This document shows, in pieces, positions 17,972 to 20,913 of a DNA stretch of 20,913 bases. The stretch covers positions 1 to 20,913 of the forward strand of contig DASSXV010000031.1 in NCBI GenBank assembly GCA_035703635.1, written 5' to 3'. Both the position numbers and the translations under genes were made by a program. The notes below the pieces were generated by a model, which was given only the letters and a program-made list of their open reading frames with translations, was not told where the DNA came from and ran no database searches. Every line of letters begins with the position of its first letter. The first letter of the stretch is position 1. The DNA is from Trueperaceae bacterium. Lineage in GTDB: Bacteria > Deinococcota > Deinococci > Deinococcales > Trueperaceae.

Positions 17972-20913
17972 CATCTCGGCAAGGGCCGCTGCCGGAACGG
18001 TAGCAACGTCGCGACCGTGAACCTCTACTTTGCCCCGCACCTGCCTCAATGAAGGGCCACCCCCGAAACGGTAGCAACTCGTGGCGCGTGACGCCGTCTA
18101 CTCGGCCCTGGTGACCTCAATGAAGGGCCACCGCCGAAACGGTAGCAACTGAGGCGCGTCTCGGTGCTGGAGGCGATGGCTCGGACACCTCAATGAAGGG
18201 CCGTCGTCGAAACGGTAGCAACGAAATTCAACTCGCTTGCTCATGGTGGTGCTCCTCTGCCTCAATGAAGCGCCACCGCCGAAAAGGTAGCAACGAGTCC
18301 GCCCGTGAACTGCGAGGTCGGCGATCTCGCGCGCCTCAATGACCTCAATGAAGGGCCACCGTCGAAACGGTAGCAACGATACGGTGCAGGAAGTGTTCGA
18401 CCTGGAGCTGCCGCCTCAATGAAGGGCCACCGTCGAAACGGTAGCAACACCATCACCCAGAACGCCCCCGACGACGGCTTCGACGCGCCTCAATGAAGGG
18501 CCACCGTCGAAACGATAGCAACCCGCCAACGAGCTCGAGGCCGACAGCACGCACGTGGCCTCAATGAAGGGCCACCCTCGAAACGGTAGCAACGTTACGG
18601 TCAAGCGCGACACTGGCATGATCCACCGGCCTCAATGAAGGGCCACCGTCGAAACGGTAGCAACGTAAAGCTCTCCGGTGGTGCCGCAGCCGAGCGGGTG
18701 GCCTCAATGAAGGGCCACCGTCGAAACGGTGGCAACGGCATCATCATGAGCGTCATCACCGGCACCATCAGGCCTCAATGAAGGGCCACCGTCGCAACGG
18801 TAGCAACCCAGGTCCCTGACGATATCTCCTACAGACTGGTTCTCGCCTCAATAAAGGGCCACCGTCGAAACGGTAGCAACGTTCGCGCGTCTCGGCAAGA
18901 ACGATCACCGGCTCATGCCTCAATGAAGGGCCACCGTCGAAACGGTAGCAACTGATGGTCACTGTGGCGTCGGATGTGGTTTTGGCGGTGCCTCAATGAA
19001 GGGCCACCGTCGAATCGGTAGCAACCTCGCAGCAGGTCAGGTGCCGAGCCGAGCCGCGGGTCGCCTCAATGAAGGGCCACCGTCGAAACGGTAGCAACTG
19101 AAGCCGTGCGCACCGCCATGCTCGCGGCTGCCAGCCTCAATGAAGGGCCACCGTCGAAACGGTAGCAACCTCACGGGCGGCCTCAGCAACGCGCACCTAG
19201 CCCCGCCTCAATGAAGGGCCACCGTCGAAACGGTAGCAACAAGAGCCGAGGGTGTGGCCTTGGCAAGGCTGTTAAGGCCTCAATGAAGGGCCACCGTCGA
19301 AACGGTAGCAACGCGGATGGCGGTTGCGTAATCGAGTTCGTTCCAGACGCCTCAATGAAGGGCCACCGTCGAAACGGTAGCAACGATTACTTCACCGTGG
19401 ATATGCGCGTGGAGAAGGGCCTCAATGAAGGGCCACCGTCGAAACGGTAGCAACCGGCGTCACGGCGGGCGCGTACACCTGTGCTACGCCTCAATGAAGG
19501 GCCACCGTCGAAACGGTAGCAACCTCCAGCGGGACATCGAGAAGCTCGGTAACGGCACGGGCCTCAATGAAGGGCCACCGTCGAAACGGTAGCAACTCCG
19601 GGATTCATCACTTGCGGGGCCACCATGCCTCCGGCCTCAATGAAGGGCCACCGTCGAAACGGTAGCAACCTGAGCTTCGAGGTGCTGCCATCGGGGAAGT
19701 ACCTGCCTCAATGAAGGGCCACCGTCCAAACGGTAGCAACCTTTGGGCCGTCAGGCTTTCGTGTCTTTCCCGGGCCTCAATGAAGGGCCACCGTCGAAAC
19801 GGTAGCAACTTGTAGGTGAGGTGGCCGTCAGTGGTGCGGATGGCTACTGGCCTCAATGAAGGGCCACCGTCGAAACGGTAGCAACCGTTGGTTCACGCCG
19901 GACGTGTTCACGAGCGCCGTGCCTCAATGAAGGGCCACCGTCGAAACGGTAGCAACGGGAGCATCGAGTTCCCCCGCGCCGCCCGGCCGATCGGCCTCAA
20001 TGAAGGGCCACCGTCGAAACGGTAGCAACCTCGGTGCCGCCTCCGGGTGGACGTTGGCAGCCACGCCTCAATGAAGGGCCACCGTCGAAACGGTAGCAAC
20101 TCGTGGTGCCCAACATGTGGGGTGCCGCTAGCGACCGCCTCAATGAAGGGCCACCGTCGAAACGGTAGCAACATGTCCGCCACGCCAGCCGCAGTCATAG
20201 CCTGCAAGAGGGCCTCAATGAAGGGCCACCGTCGAAACGGTAGCAACCAGGTGCAAGTCAGGCAGTCGGCTGAGTCGCGGCGCTGCTAGCCTCAATGAAG
20301 GGCCACCGTCGAAACGGTAGCAACGTGTAGAAGTCGCGTTCGTTGCCGATCGCGCCGTCCAGCCTCAATGAAGGGCCACCGTCGAAACGGTAGCAACTCG
20401 GTGGCGGGCAGGGCTTGCTCGCGGAAACTGTCGCGCCTCAATGAAGGGCCACCGTCGAAACGGTAGCAACGGTGTGCAGTTGACAGCCGAGTTCATTGGA
20501 GGAACGCCTCAATGAAGGGCCACCGTCGAAACGGTAGCAACGCGCGCGGACCGGCTCGGCGTGCAGTACGGCGGCGCGAGCCTCAATGAAGGGCCACCGT
20601 CGAAACGGTAGCAACACGATGCATCCCACGCACCGCGTGCAACTGTGGCTGCGGCCTCAATGAAGGGCCACCGTCGAAACGGTAGCAACCAAGGCCACCA
20701 ACCAACCAACCGACCTAACGCAAGCCTCAATGAAGGGCCACCGTCGAAACGGTAGCAACTCGCGGAGAAATCGAGGCTGTTGCTCGCGATGTCTGTGCCT
20801 CAATGAAGGGCCACCGTCGAAACGGTAGCAACCCAACCAGCTCACTGCGGCTTGACCTCCCGGAGGTCGCCTCAATGAAGGGCCACCGTCGAAACGGTAG
20901 CAACAACCGCCCA
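17972..20913 (-). CRISPR. CRISPR array with 36-nt repeat GTTGCTACCGTTTCGACGGTGGCCCTTCATTGAGGC (minus strand); 41 repeats including a degenerate terminal copy, 40 complete spacers of 33-41 nt; continues past the right edge; repeat resembles type I-G (I-U)
   Basis: Counted by hand: first degenerate repeat 17972-18007, last full repeat 20869-20904. Minus orientation is supported by mutated repeats at the left (trailer) end, by the GCTACCGT-TTCG-ACGGTGGC hairpin (G-U pair only on this strand) and by the GTT...ATTGAGGC ends. Subtype is inferred from the repeat only. Confidence 0.98.

Noticed and set aside
19170-19204. Spacer contains GCCTCAGCAAC, which looks like the two repeat ends fused (collapsed repeat)
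   Set aside because: The spacer has normal length (35 nt) and reads as a clean coding frame (LTGGLSNAHLA), so coincidence is more likely.
17871-20875. ORF-track peptides with repeated LLPFRRWPFIEA / MKGHRRNGSN
   Set aside because: These are translations of CRISPR repeats, not genes.

Overview
High-GC bacterial chromosomal window. Protein families and several leaderless TANNNT promoters suggest Deinococcota, possibly Trueperaceae-like (inference). Left to right: a ParB/Srx-like N-domain protein running off the left edge (missed by the ORF track), frnE, metG, a B12-dependent photoreceptor repressor (CarH/LitR) divergent from a secreted fasciclin protein, an alpha/beta hydrolase, recQ, an M29 aminopeptidase, an FMN riboswitch with ribD-ribE-ribBA (no ribH), a PRTase, a DUF480 protein, a hypothetical protein, a CNNM/CBS hemolysin-family protein and a diheme cytochrome c peroxidase. 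The last 2.9 kb is the trailer part of a CRISPR array (41 repeats of 36 nt, 40 complete spacers, type I-G-like repeat, no cas genes in the window). The most interesting unannotated signals are: (1) a complete ribosome-dependent attenuator upstream of metG, with a Met-Met leader peptide and mutually exclusive antiterminator and terminator; (2) two mirror-image 11-bp-periodic CarH operators, implying a light/B12-regulated fasciclin gene rather than a crt operon; (3) an apparent bias of the crRNA spacers towards being antisense to target mRNA.
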